A DNA stretch of 64,000 nt from Heterodontus francisci (taxonomy: Eukaryota): positions 11,479,226 through 11,543,225 of the forward strand of contig NC_090418.1 of the NCBI RefSeq assembly GCF_036365525.1, in the 5' to 3' direction. Under the pieces are notes generated by a model. The model worked only from the letters and a program-made list of their open reading frames with translations. It had not been told where the DNA came from and did not search any database. A program made the translations under genes and the position numbers. Position 1 is the stretch's first letter. Every line of letters starts with the position of its first letter. This document shows positions 50,286 to 60,459 of this stretch, one piece after another.

Positions 50286-50623
50286 TAAAGGCCTGCTACC
50301 CGACCCGAACCCGATGGGACCCGACGACAAGTGTTGGGTTCGGGTCGGGTCTGGTTGCACTTCCGGGTCGGGCATTCGGGCTCGGGACGGGTTGGGTCGG
50401 TCACACTCTATCACAGGTAAGTGGCTCCACTGTTAATTTAATTTTGAGGCTAGAAAGGTGGTTTTTGTTACAGTTATTTTAAGCTTATGCAGATCAGCCA
50501 CACAGTGAAAAAAGGAAGGTCGGGTCGGACGTGGGATAAAATGGAAGGACTCGGGCCGGGTTGGGCTTGAGTCGGATGTGGTTCTGTCGAGGGTTTTTTC
50601 TTGCAGACCCGAGCCGGCCTTTA
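50286..50623. mobile_element. hAT-superfamily MITE (338 bp)
   Basis: TIRs TAAAGGCCTGCT / AGCCGGCCTTTA (11/12 match); 8-bp TSD GTTCGAGG / GCTCGAGG; many subterminal ACCCG/CGGGT motifs. Confidence 0.88.
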
Positions 50624-50814
50624 GCTCGAGGCCCACTCCAGAGTCTCGAGCCCATAATCCAGGCCGACTCTCCAGTGCTCGTACTGAGGGAGTGCTGCAC
50701 TGTCATCGGAGGTGCCATCTTTCGGATGAGGCATTAAATTGAGGACCCGGTCTGCCCTCTCAGGTGGACATAAAAGATCCCACGGCTCTTCTAACACGAG
50801 AAGGGCCCCTGCTT

Positions 50815-51270
50815 GACATACCTCTCCCCTTTCTCATTTTCCCCCTTCACCACCCCCTCCATTCCTCCTCTCCCCTTTCCCATCTGCTCCGCCTCCCCCT
50901 ACCCATCTCTCCTCTGCCTCCCCCTCCCATTTCTCTCCCCTCCATATTCCACCTTCCCCTCCCTCTCTTCCTGCTCCCTTACCCCACCTTCCGACTGCCC
51001 CCTCTCACTCCCCCCCATCACTATCTCCCTCCTCTCCTTTCCCCTCCTCCTATCCTCCCTTTCCCCTCTCCTCCCCTCCTACTTAAACCACCCCCCTTTC
51101 CCTTCCCACCTCTTTTCCACCCCATCTTCTCCCCACTCCCCCACCCCTACCCCTCCCCCTGCACCACCCCTCTCCCTCCTCTCATCCTTCCCTGCCCCCT
51201 CTCCTCCCCTTCCTTCCCCTCTCTGCACCCCTCACCCTACCATCCCCCCCCCCCCCCCCTTTCTGTTCCC
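50815..51270 (+). repeat. Low-complexity C/T-rich (polypyrimidine/polypurine) tract
   Basis: About 450 bp almost free of G on the + strand. Confidence 0.9.
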
Positions 51271-51539
51271 CAATTGAGAGCCATTTGTTCAGTCACTGCA
51301 TTCCCGGCTCCGGCACTCCCTTGGCCTCACCACCTCCTTCCCAACTGTGAGGAAGTCTTGGAAGCACCTCTTGGGCTGTGTTGTTTCTTAACATCGAGTG
51401 GCTACCAAGGAGGAGTGGTAAAGATGCAACGGAGGGAGTGAGGTTGGGCAATGTTGGCGGGGGGAGACCTAAAAATTTCACTTAGGCCTTTGAATCCAGT
51501 CTCTCCACATACCTGAACTCCCTCATCCCTGATTCGTTC

Positions 51540-51880
51540 ATTGGTGTCATCTTCTTCCTGGGATCTCTACCTCTGTCTGTCCTGTGCTGTCCTCACACAT
51601 TCCACATCGCTCAACATCCAGTCCATTAAATCTGTCATCCATTTTCTTCCCTGCTTCCCTCTCCTGCGTTTTCCATCGATCTTTCCTTCCAATAATTGTC
51701 TCTGTCTACCTTCTACTCCAATGTAGCCAAAATATTGTATATTTCTCTCTTTGATGTTGTGCACTCATTCCATTCTTTTTCTCCAGCTATTTCCAGCACT
51801 TCCTCATTAGTCTACTTGTCTGTGTGGGATAATGCAGAACATCCTCCGATATGTCCACATCTCGAATGCATTCAGCCTCT
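51540..51880 (-). mobile_element. RTE/BovB-like LINE 3' fragment
   Basis: IKERNIQYFGYI..LLEGKIDGKRRRGKQGRKWMTD..AQDRQR, with an upstream FEMWTYRRM-like segment. Confidence 0.75.
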
Positions 51881-51882
51881 CC

Positions 51883-53460
51883 ATAGAACCACGGAAAAGT
51901 AGCGGCACAGAAAGAGGCAATTCAGCCCATCATGTCTGCGCCGGCTGACAAAAAACTAGCTGCCCATTCTAATCCCACCTTCCAGCACCTGGTTCGTAGC
52001 CTTGCAGGTTGCAGCACTTCAGGTGAATGAGTTGAGGGTTTCTGCCTCCACCACCCTCCTGTCACCGATCCAACTCGTCACCTTCCCCTGTATCCCACGG
52101 GCTTTTACTTGTCTGACCAGTCTACCATGTGGGACCTTGTCAAATACCTTACTAAACTCCATGTAGACCACATCCACTGCACTACCCTCATCAATCCTCC
52201 TTGTTACTTCCTCAAAGAATTCAATTAAGTTAGTAAGACACAATCTTCCCTTAACAAATGCTGACTGTCCATGAGTAATCCATGCCTTTCGAAGTGACAG
52301 TTTTTCCTGTCTCTCAAAACTGATTCTAATAATTTACCATCACCGAGGTCAGACTGACCAGCCTATAATTATTTGGTCTATCCCTCGTACCCTTTTTAAA
52401 CAATGGTACATTGTTTGCAGACCTCCAATCGTCTGGTACCTCTCCTATATCTAGTGAGGATTTGAAGATGATCCTCAGTGCATCCACTTTTCCTCTTTAA
52501 CAACCTGGGATACAGTCCATCTGGCCCTGGTGATTTATCCACTTTCAGGGATGTCAGACCCTCTAGTACTTCCTCTCTCATTATGCTTATCGTATCTAAT
52601 ATCTCACACTCCTCTTTAACTACAATGTCTGTATCATCCCTCTCCTTTGTGAAGACAAAGCACTCATTAAGACCCCGGCCCACATCTTTAGCATCCACAC
52701 ATAAATTCCCCTGTACATCTCTGATAGGCCCTACCCTTTCCTTAGTTATCCTCGTGCTCTTAATGTACTGATAAAACATCTTTGGGGTTTCCTTGATTTT
52801 ACCTGCCAATATTTTTTCATGTTCTCTCTTTGCTTTTCTAATTTCCTTTTTTACTTCACCCCTGCACTTTCTATACACCTCTAGGCTTTCTAAAGTATCA
52901 AGTTTTTTGTGACTGTCGTAAGCTTTCTTTTTCTGCTTTATCTTACCTTGTAACCAGGGATAACCAAGGAGCTCTAGATTTGGCCACGCCACCCTTTATC
53001 TTTGTCGGGACATGCCTACACTGTGCCTGTAGTATCTCACTTTTGAATGCCTCCCACTGGTTTGCCACAGATTTTCCTTCAAGTAGCTACAGCCAGTTCA
53101 CCTCTCAGCTTCATAAAATTTAGAACCCCAATTTAGAACTTTTATTCCTGTTATATCTTTGTCCTTTTCCATAACAATGCTAAATCTAACTGTATTATGG
53201 TCACTATCTCCAAAATGGTCACCCACTGCTACTCCATCCACTTGCCCAGCTTCATTACTGAAGACTAAATATAGAATTCCCCCCCTCTCATTGGGCTTGT
53301 TACGTGCTGGCTAAAAGCGTTCTCTTGAATGTCGTTCAAGAATTTTGTCCCCTCTGTGCCCTTCACACTGTTTGTGTCCCAGTTGATATTGGGGTAGTTG
53401 AAATCCCCAACTATTATTGCCCGATAGTTTTTGCACTCTGAGCTGCCAATTTTGCCCCTC
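51883..53460 (-). mobile_element. Degenerate, internally deleted CR1 LINE (endonuclease/linker/RT pieces and 3' UTR)
   Basis: KKEIRKAKREHE, VDKSPGPDGLYPRLL, CLTNLIEFFEEVT and EFSKVFDKVPHGRL; an endonuclease-like GDFNYPNINW region near 53380-53410. Confidence 0.85.
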
Positions 53461-53544
53461 TTTAAGCCAGGTTTACATTACAGCAATGATATCATGCTGC
53501 CATATGTCCATCTGTGCCCTCAGCTCATCGGCTTTATTATCACA

Positions 53545-53635
53545 CCTGCCGAATGCACATCCTGTGCCGTGTGGGGACTCCAGGACCCTACCTATGTCCT
53601 GGACAACTACATGTGCAGAAAGTGCCGCCAAAATG
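53545..53635 (+). mobile_element. CR1 ORF1-like zinc-finger fragment
   Basis: ECTSCAVWGLQDPTYVLDNYMCRKC (Cx2C...Cx2C). Confidence 0.45.
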
Positions 53636-53774
53636 AAAAAACCCGAGCGTCTCTTCATTTGTTGTCCATGTCTCCAAGACATATGACGTAGATGACAAAA
53701 TGTAGCATTCTTGTCCCAAGATTCAGGTTCAGTTTCTTTGATAGCGCGTCCTTCATTCTGCTCTTGGCTCTCTC

Positions 53775-54030
53775 AAATCCCCTGCCTGGTACCATTCTAG
53801 TAAATCTCCTGTGCACCTTCTCCAAGGCCTTGACATCCTTCCTCAAGTGTGGTGCCCAGAATTGGACACAATCCTCCAGCTGAGGCCTAACCAGAGATTA
53901 GTAAAGGTTTAATGCCACTGCCTTGCTTTCACATTCAGTGCCCCCATTCACAAAGCCACGTACCCGCTTTGCTTTCTCAATCATCTTATCAACATGCCCT
54001 GCCATGTGCAAGGTCCCTACATTCTTGTAA
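53775..54030 (-). mobile_element. CR1 RT C-terminal fragment
   Basis: RKDVKALEKVHRRFTRMVPG. Confidence 0.75.
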
Positions 54031-54199
54031 CTCCCTAGTTTTTGACCACCCTCCCCAACAATCACCCACTCTAACTCCCTCTATTGTACCTTTTTCACTT
54101 GTATTTCCTGTCCACCATTTATTTTCTCTCTGCTTTGAGGTACGTTAGAGGGACTCGAGTTGTTAGAGAGAAGAAATATCAACACGGATAAAACTTGGG

Positions 54200-57100
54200 C
54201 GTAACATTGCTGTACCACCTCTCAACATGTCAGGATGTTCTAAGATACTTCACATGCAGTGAGGTATTCTTTGAAGTGTAAGTCACTGTTGCAATAGTGG
54301 AAAACCGGCGGCCGGATTGTGCACAGCAAGATCCCACCGGCGGCAAACGCGATTACCGACCTAGCTAAGCTGCTCTTTGCTGCCGTGGGATCTTGCTGTG
54401 CCCTTTGTCTTCCCGACAGCGGCCCGAGGGCCTTACCGCATCAGGGCAGACGGGGCCCTCGTTTCAACGCCTCCTCAGGGGTTGGGGGGGGGGGGGAGGG
54501 TGCGGGGGTCAGCCTCGGATTGTGGGTTCACGCCTCCGGAGTTGGGGCTCGAACCCACAAACCCTCCGACTCGGGCGAGGGAGCGTGCTGCACTGCCAGA
54601 GCAGGACGGTGCTTTGAAGCCTAATTGTGAATACTCAGTAACACTTGCCTAGCAGTGCACAAGGTGAGCTTAATTTCGAGACTTTCCACTGCCAGACAAG
54701 TGTCTCCCGCCCTCCCCCGGGTGTTATGTCCCCGACAGTATGATGTTGTCTGTCTGCTAAAACCCACAGAGAATTCACGAGCGCCACCATCAAAGGTCAT
54801 TTGGGTAATTGGATCCAATTAATTCAGGGGAACACCAGAAGTTTAAGCCTTTGTATTTACTCCTGACTACATCATCGTTTACCTATGCCTGACTCAACTT
54901 GGCCCATCGCCAAGAACTGGGCCTGCCAGACCTAAGCAGTCAAGTGTTTTAAAAGGATCTCCTCAATGGTTCAGGGACTGAGTTCAGGCCCAAACCATCC
55001 AGAGCCTGTGCTGAGATTTAGAGGGGAAAGTGGGAGCAGCAGAGTCCAGTGGAATTTGGCGGGACTGTAAAACGTAAGAGAGAAAACTCACTTTTATTTA
55101 ACCCCAAACTGCTCCATAGCCAGCGAAAGCGGTAGTCATTGTTTTAGAGTGACGTGGCGGCCATTTTGTATACAGCGCCATCCCATAAATAACGAATGAG
55201 AAAGAATGACCCCAGAATATTTTTCGGTAGAGGGAGGAATGTTGACCAGGGCACCAGGAGGAGTCCGTGATCATCCATGTATGTCAACTTGAATAGGCAG
55301 ATGGGGCCTTGTTTTTATGTCTCATCTGAAAACCATCATCTTCGACCGTGCGGCACTCCTTCAGTACCGCACTGGGAGTGTCAGCCTGCATTATGTGCTC
55401 AAGTCCCCAGAGTGTATCACACTGCTATTTGTGGGATCTTGCTGTGTACAAATTGTTTACCGCGTTTCCTACATCACACCAGTGACTACACTTCAAAAGG
55501 CAATCTGGCTGTGAAGTGTTTTGGGATGACAGGCGCTATCGAAGTTCCTTGGCTGCTTACAAAAACTGAAATGGAGCCCAGGAGCCAGCGCCCGGGCCCC
55601 AGTCAGATTCAGGGATCTTAATTTTTTTTTCATTAAATGCCTGGAGCTTTGACATGCCAATGCTAATCTAAAAGCAAGAATCTTGCGTTCTCACCGTGGG
55701 CTGGCGCAGTGGGGGTGGGGAGGGGGGGTGATGTTGGGGGCTAAAAAACAGCCCTGGGTTAAGGGGTTGGCGGGGTGGAAATCTGACGGGGCTCCGATCG
55801 CTACCCGGCAATGTGGCCCCGTATGGTCAGTAGGGATGGGGCTGGGTCGTGATGCCACACGTGGTCAAATAGCCTGCCAGCGCTGTCTTGACCAGGCTTG
55901 CATGGAAGGGTAATTGGGCTCTGGCGACTGGTGCCTCCTTACAGTCTGTACCCCAGTGCCAGTCAGTGCCCTCAGAGTGGGGGACAGATATGATTGGCTC
56001 CAGTTTCCTCAGTCCCAGAGTCCCAGCCCTGACCAGTAGGGAGAGGAGTAAGAAAACTGGACNNNNNNNNNNNNNNNNNNNNNNNNNNNNNNNNNNNNNN
56101 NNNNNNNNNNNNNNNNNNNNNNNNNNNNNNNNNNNNNNNNNNNNNNNNNNNNNNNNNNNNNNNNNNNNNNNNNNNNNNNNNNNNNNNNNNNNNNNNNNNN
56201 NNNNNNNNNNNNNNNNNNNNNNNNNNNNNNNNNNNNNNNNNNNNNNNNNNNNNNNNNNNNNNNNNNNNNNNNNNNNNNNNNNNNNNNNNNNNNNNNNNNN
56301 NNNNNNNNNNNNNNNNNNNNNNNNNNNNNNNNNNNNNNNNACCGTAGATCTGTCTTTCTCTCACACAGTCTGCCTCCATCAATGCCTCACTGTCTCTCTC
56401 CACTCGCTCTCACATTCCCTCTCTCTCTCTCCCTCAGTCTAGCTGTCTGTGTGCGTCTCCCCCTCCACTCTCTTTCCCCCCCTCCCATCTATCTGCCTGT
56501 CTCTCTCTTCCACCAATTAGTTAACTGCCTCTGCTTGGCCTCGATAATCCCTCATTGAATTGAAGATAGTAGGCCTACAACCTGTTGCCATGCCAACCAG
56601 ACTGGAGGAAACCTTCAACTTGTGCACTGAAACTTCTGGTCTTCACTGTGCGAAAAGCTAAACCACAGCACCAGTCACGAGGCCTGGCAAGGTGGGGCCT
56701 ACACGGAGGCTGGGCGACCTTGCATTCATTTCACGTGGTAGAATCTTCTAGAAAACCGAAATTGGAAATATAGGAACGGGGAGAAGGCCACTCAGCCCTC
56801 GGCCTGCTCCGCCATTTGATTAAATCGTGGATGTTCTGTATCTAAACCCCATTTACCCGCCTTGGTTCTATAACACTGAATCCCCTTACCCAACAAATAT
56901 CTGTCAATCCCAGTATTGACATTTTTAATTGACCCCCGGCCTCGATGGCTTTTTTGGGGGGGAGGGAGTTCCAGATTCCCACTCCCCTTTGTGTGAGGAA
57001 TTGCTTTCTGACATCACCCCTGAACGGCCTGGCTCGCATTTTAAGGTTTTACCCCACCCCCCCCCCATCTCCAGTTCTGGATTCCCACCAACCCCTCCCC

Positions 57101-58140
57101 CCCTCCCCAATCTGAAATATAAGACCCCACAGCCACTATTGGAAGAAGAGAAGTGGGGGGGTGGGGGGAGTTCTCCCGATGTCTCGTCCGATATTTGACC
57201 CCCACCACGATGTCGCTGCAAAAGCTGATTATTTGGTCTTTTATCCTGTTGGTGGGATCTTGCTGTGCGCAAAAAATGGCTGCCGTGTTTCCGAAGTAAC
57301 CAAATTACTGCATTGACTGGGAAGGGCTCTGGAATGTCCTGAGGTGCTGGGAGGCTCTTTAGAGGTGCACGTTTTGTTCCTCCTGGTTTGGGATCCCCTG
57401 CCGTGTGAGATGGGGGACAGACGGGGGAGGGGAGGGGGGGTGGGGGGGGGGCAGGTGGTCGAGTTGGTTACGCAGGCTGCCCACGTCCAGGGCTGTCAGA
57501 GATGGCCACACAACAGCTCCTGGACTTGGGAGAGGTCGAAATCAACCGGGGTTTCAGCTCACGATCGGTGCCCAGTGACGCCCGCCAGGAAAGAGCCCCC
57601 TCAGGGCTGCTGGGGCTGGATCGTCTGGTCATTGTCTCGTCAGGGTCTGTGGGATCTTGCTGTGCGCAAACTGGCTGCTGCGTTTCCTACGCAGGTTAAT
57701 GAGAGGACGCAGCTTGGGTTTCGGTGCTCGGTGTTTACCTCCAGTGACTCACCTCCTTCCTCTCACAATCACCAGCTCATCTGCCACTGACAGGAAGCAT
57801 ATAATCCAGTCAAAGTAACTGTGCACTCTTTTCAATGTGTGCACAAAAAATGTGTGTTTATATAGCGCCTTTCACAACTGCCCGATGTCCCAAAGCGCCT
57901 CACAGCCAATGAAATACTTTTTTTTTAAGTGCTGTCACTGTTCGTCATGCAGGAAACACGGCAGCCAATTTGCACACAGCAAGATCCCACAGACAGCAAC
58001 GTGAGAATGAGCAGACCGTCTGTTTTCTTTTAAGTGATGTTGCCCCCGTCTCCTCTTCGAAATAATGGCCGTGGGATCTTTTGCGTCCAACTGAGAGGAG
58101 CAGACAGCAGGCCTCGGTTTAACGTCTCGTCCGAAAGTGC
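54200..58140. mobile_element. Cluster of DeuSINE-like fragments in both orientations, plus a CR1 3' end (~56765-57050, minus)
   Basis: Repeated gtgggatcttgctgtgcgcaaa core at ~54320(-), 54385, 55430, 57255, 57650 and 57970(-); RARPFRGDVRKQFLTQR at 56842-57039. Confidence 0.6.
56063..56340. other. Assembly gap (278 N)
   Basis: Run of N. Confidence 1.
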
Positions 58141-58317
58141 TCCCCTAACTTTAAATTTCTCTGGCAGGGCCTCGTCTGTGTTTCTGTAACCAGTTGCCAA
58201 GCCTGGGTTCGAGGTGAGGGAGGGGATGAGTTGGGGGCTATAGAGAGGGAGGAAACTGGCTATTGTATTCCGAAACTGGTGAAATTAAGTAAAATACACT
58301 TATATATATATATATCT

Positions 58318-58560
58318 CCCATAGATCCCATAGACTGATACAGCACAGAAGGAAGCCGTTCGGCCCATCGTGCTTGTGCTGGCTCTTTGAAAGAGCTATC
58401 CAATTTGTCCCACACCACCCCCCCCCCCCCCCGCTCTTTCTCCCACAGCCCCGCACATTTTACCCCTTCAAGTATTTATCTAATTCCCCTTTTGAAAGTT
58501 ACTGTTGAATCTGCTTCCACCGCCCTTTCAGGCAGCGAGTTCCAGATCACAACAACTCAT
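58318..58560 (-). mobile_element. CR1 3' end
   Basis: atacagcacagaaggaagccgttcggcccatcg...ttccagatcacaacaactc is the reverse complement of a CR1 3' UTR. Confidence 0.65.
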
Positions 58561-59898
58561 AACTAGCAGAATAGATAAGGGGGAACCAGTAGATGTGGTA
58601 TATTTAGATTTTCAGATGGCTTTCCATAAGGTCCCGCACAGGAGCAAAATTAGAGCACATGGGATTGGGGGTAATATACTGGCATGGATTGAGAATTGGT
58701 TAACAGACAGGAAACAGAGTATAGTGCGGAGTTTGCAAGTTCTCCCTGTGACCGTGTAGGTTTCCGCCGGGTGCTCCGGTTTCCTCCCACAGCCAAAGAC
58801 TTGCAGGTTGATAGGTAAATTGGCCACTGTAAATTGCCCCTAGTGTAGGTAAGTGGTAGGAGAATTGAGGGAAGGTGGGATGTGGTAGGGAATATGGGAT
58901 TCATGTAGGATTTAGTATAAATGGGTGGTTGATGGTCGGCACAGACTCGGTGGGCTGAAGGGCCTGTTTCATTGCTGTATCTCTCGGTGACAATGACTCT
59001 ATAGGAATAAACAGGTCATTCTCAGGTTGGCAGGCTGTGACTAGTGGGGTACCACAAGGATCAGTGTTTGGGCCCCAGCTATTCACAATCTCTATCAATG
59101 ATTTGGAAGTGGGGACCAAATGTAACCTTTCCAAGTTTGCTGCTGACACAGAACTAGGTGGGACTGTGAGTTGTGAGAAGGATGCAAAGAGGCTTCAGGG
59201 GGATTTAGACAGACTAAGTGAGTGGGCAAGAACAAGGCAGATGGAATATAATGTGGAAAAATGTGAAGTTATTCATTTTGGTAGGCAAAACAGAAATGCA
59301 GAGTATTTCTTAAATAGTGAGAGTTTGGGAAGTGTTGATGTACAAGGGGACCTGGGTGTCCTTGTTCACGAGTCACTGAAAGCTAACATGCAGGTACAGT
59401 AAGCAATTAGGAAGGCAAATGGGATGTTGGCCTTTATTGCAAGAGGATTTGAGTCCAGGAGTAAAGAGGTCTTGCTGCAATTGTATCGACTCTTGGTGAG
59501 ACTGCACCTGGACTATTGTGTACAGTTTTGGTCTCCTTGCCTAAGGAAGGATATACTTGCCATAGAGGGAGTGCAACGGAGGTTCACCAGACTGATCCCT
59601 GGGATGGTGGGATTGTCCTATGAGGAGAGATTGTGGAGACTGGGCCTGTATTCTCTAGCATTTCGAAGAACGAAAGGTGATCTCATTGAAACTTCCAAAA
59701 TTCTGACAGGGCTCGACAAGGTTGATATCGGAAGGATGTTTCCCCTGGCTGGGGGATCCTAGAATCAGGGGACACAGTCTCAGAATAAGGACCAGGCCAT
59801 TTAGGACTGAGATGAGGAGGAATTTCTTCACTCAGAGGCTGGTGAATCTGTGGAATTCTCTACCCCAGAGAGCTGTGGAAGCTCAATCATTGAGTATA
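58560..59898 (+). mobile_element. Disrupted CR1 LINE interrupted by a V-SINE; 3' part nearly identical to the array CR1 at 20895/45295
   Basis: RIDKGEPVDVVYLDFQ, GVPQGSVFGP, KFAADT and the MQVQ* stop. Confidence 0.9.
58725..59000 (+). mobile_element. 5'-truncated V-SINE/HE1-like SINE
   Basis: V core gggtgctccggtttcctcccaca; ends atgactct; TSD ATAG at 58721-58724 and 59001-59004. Confidence 0.85.
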
Positions 59899-60000
59899 CT
59901 CTCTATTTTTCCCAATGGAACCCCCATCCACTGAGTCACCTCCTCTGCTCTGAGTCAGAATGTTTTAATCTTGTGCCTTATATACTCGGGCTTCCCCTAC

Positions 60001-60193
60001 CTCTTCCCCTTTCCCTGAGCTGCCTTCGTATCCAACTCTTTTCCCACACTGAAGTTCACGAAATTCCATTTCCCGGGCTGCTCATTCCCAGAGCTGCTGC
60101 TATTCCCCACTGGTTCCCCGACTGCCAGTTCGCTGGACCTTCCCGGATCCAGGGCGTTGGTTTGGCATGTATCCTCGTTCAAGGTACAACATT
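60001..60193 (-). CDS. Candidate internal exon of an unidentified gene
   Basis: Acceptor ctctttttttgtcag| and donor gag|gtaggg; 193 nt, open in phase 1->2 (ECCTLNEDTCQTNALDPG...KAAQGKGK); no repeat similarity recognised. Confidence 0.3.
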
Positions 60194-60228
60194 CTGACAA
60201 AAAAAGAGCCATCCAATTTCTCCAGTCT

Positions 60229-60335
60229 AATAACTCCCCCATTCCAATAACCCCCCTCCCCCACCACTCCAATAACCTTTCCCCATTCCGATAACCTTTC
60301 CCCATTCCAATAACTCCACCCCATTTCAATGACCT
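60229..60335 (+). repeat. Degenerate ~18-20 bp minisatellite (ATAACCTTTCCCCATTCCA-like)
   Basis: About five imperfect tandem copies. Confidence 0.7.
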
Positions 60336-60459
60336 TCTATTAACCCCGCCCCATGCCAATACGCAGGTACAGTACCATAGTGGTTAGTCTACTGAACTAG
60401 TAGTCCAGAGGTCCAGGCGAATACTGTGCAGACACGAGTTCGATTCTCACTGTGGCAGC

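Noticed and set aside
50764-51441. Pro/Leu/Ser-rich 225-aa and 154-aa ORFs
   Set aside because: Artefact of the C/T-rich low-complexity tract.
55888-56442. ORFs spanning the N run
   Set aside because: Open only because of the assembly gap.
57753-57786. Small minus-strand exon-like segment with gag|gtgagt
   Set aside because: Gives an immediate stop when joined in phase to the 60001 candidate exon; motif-only evidence.
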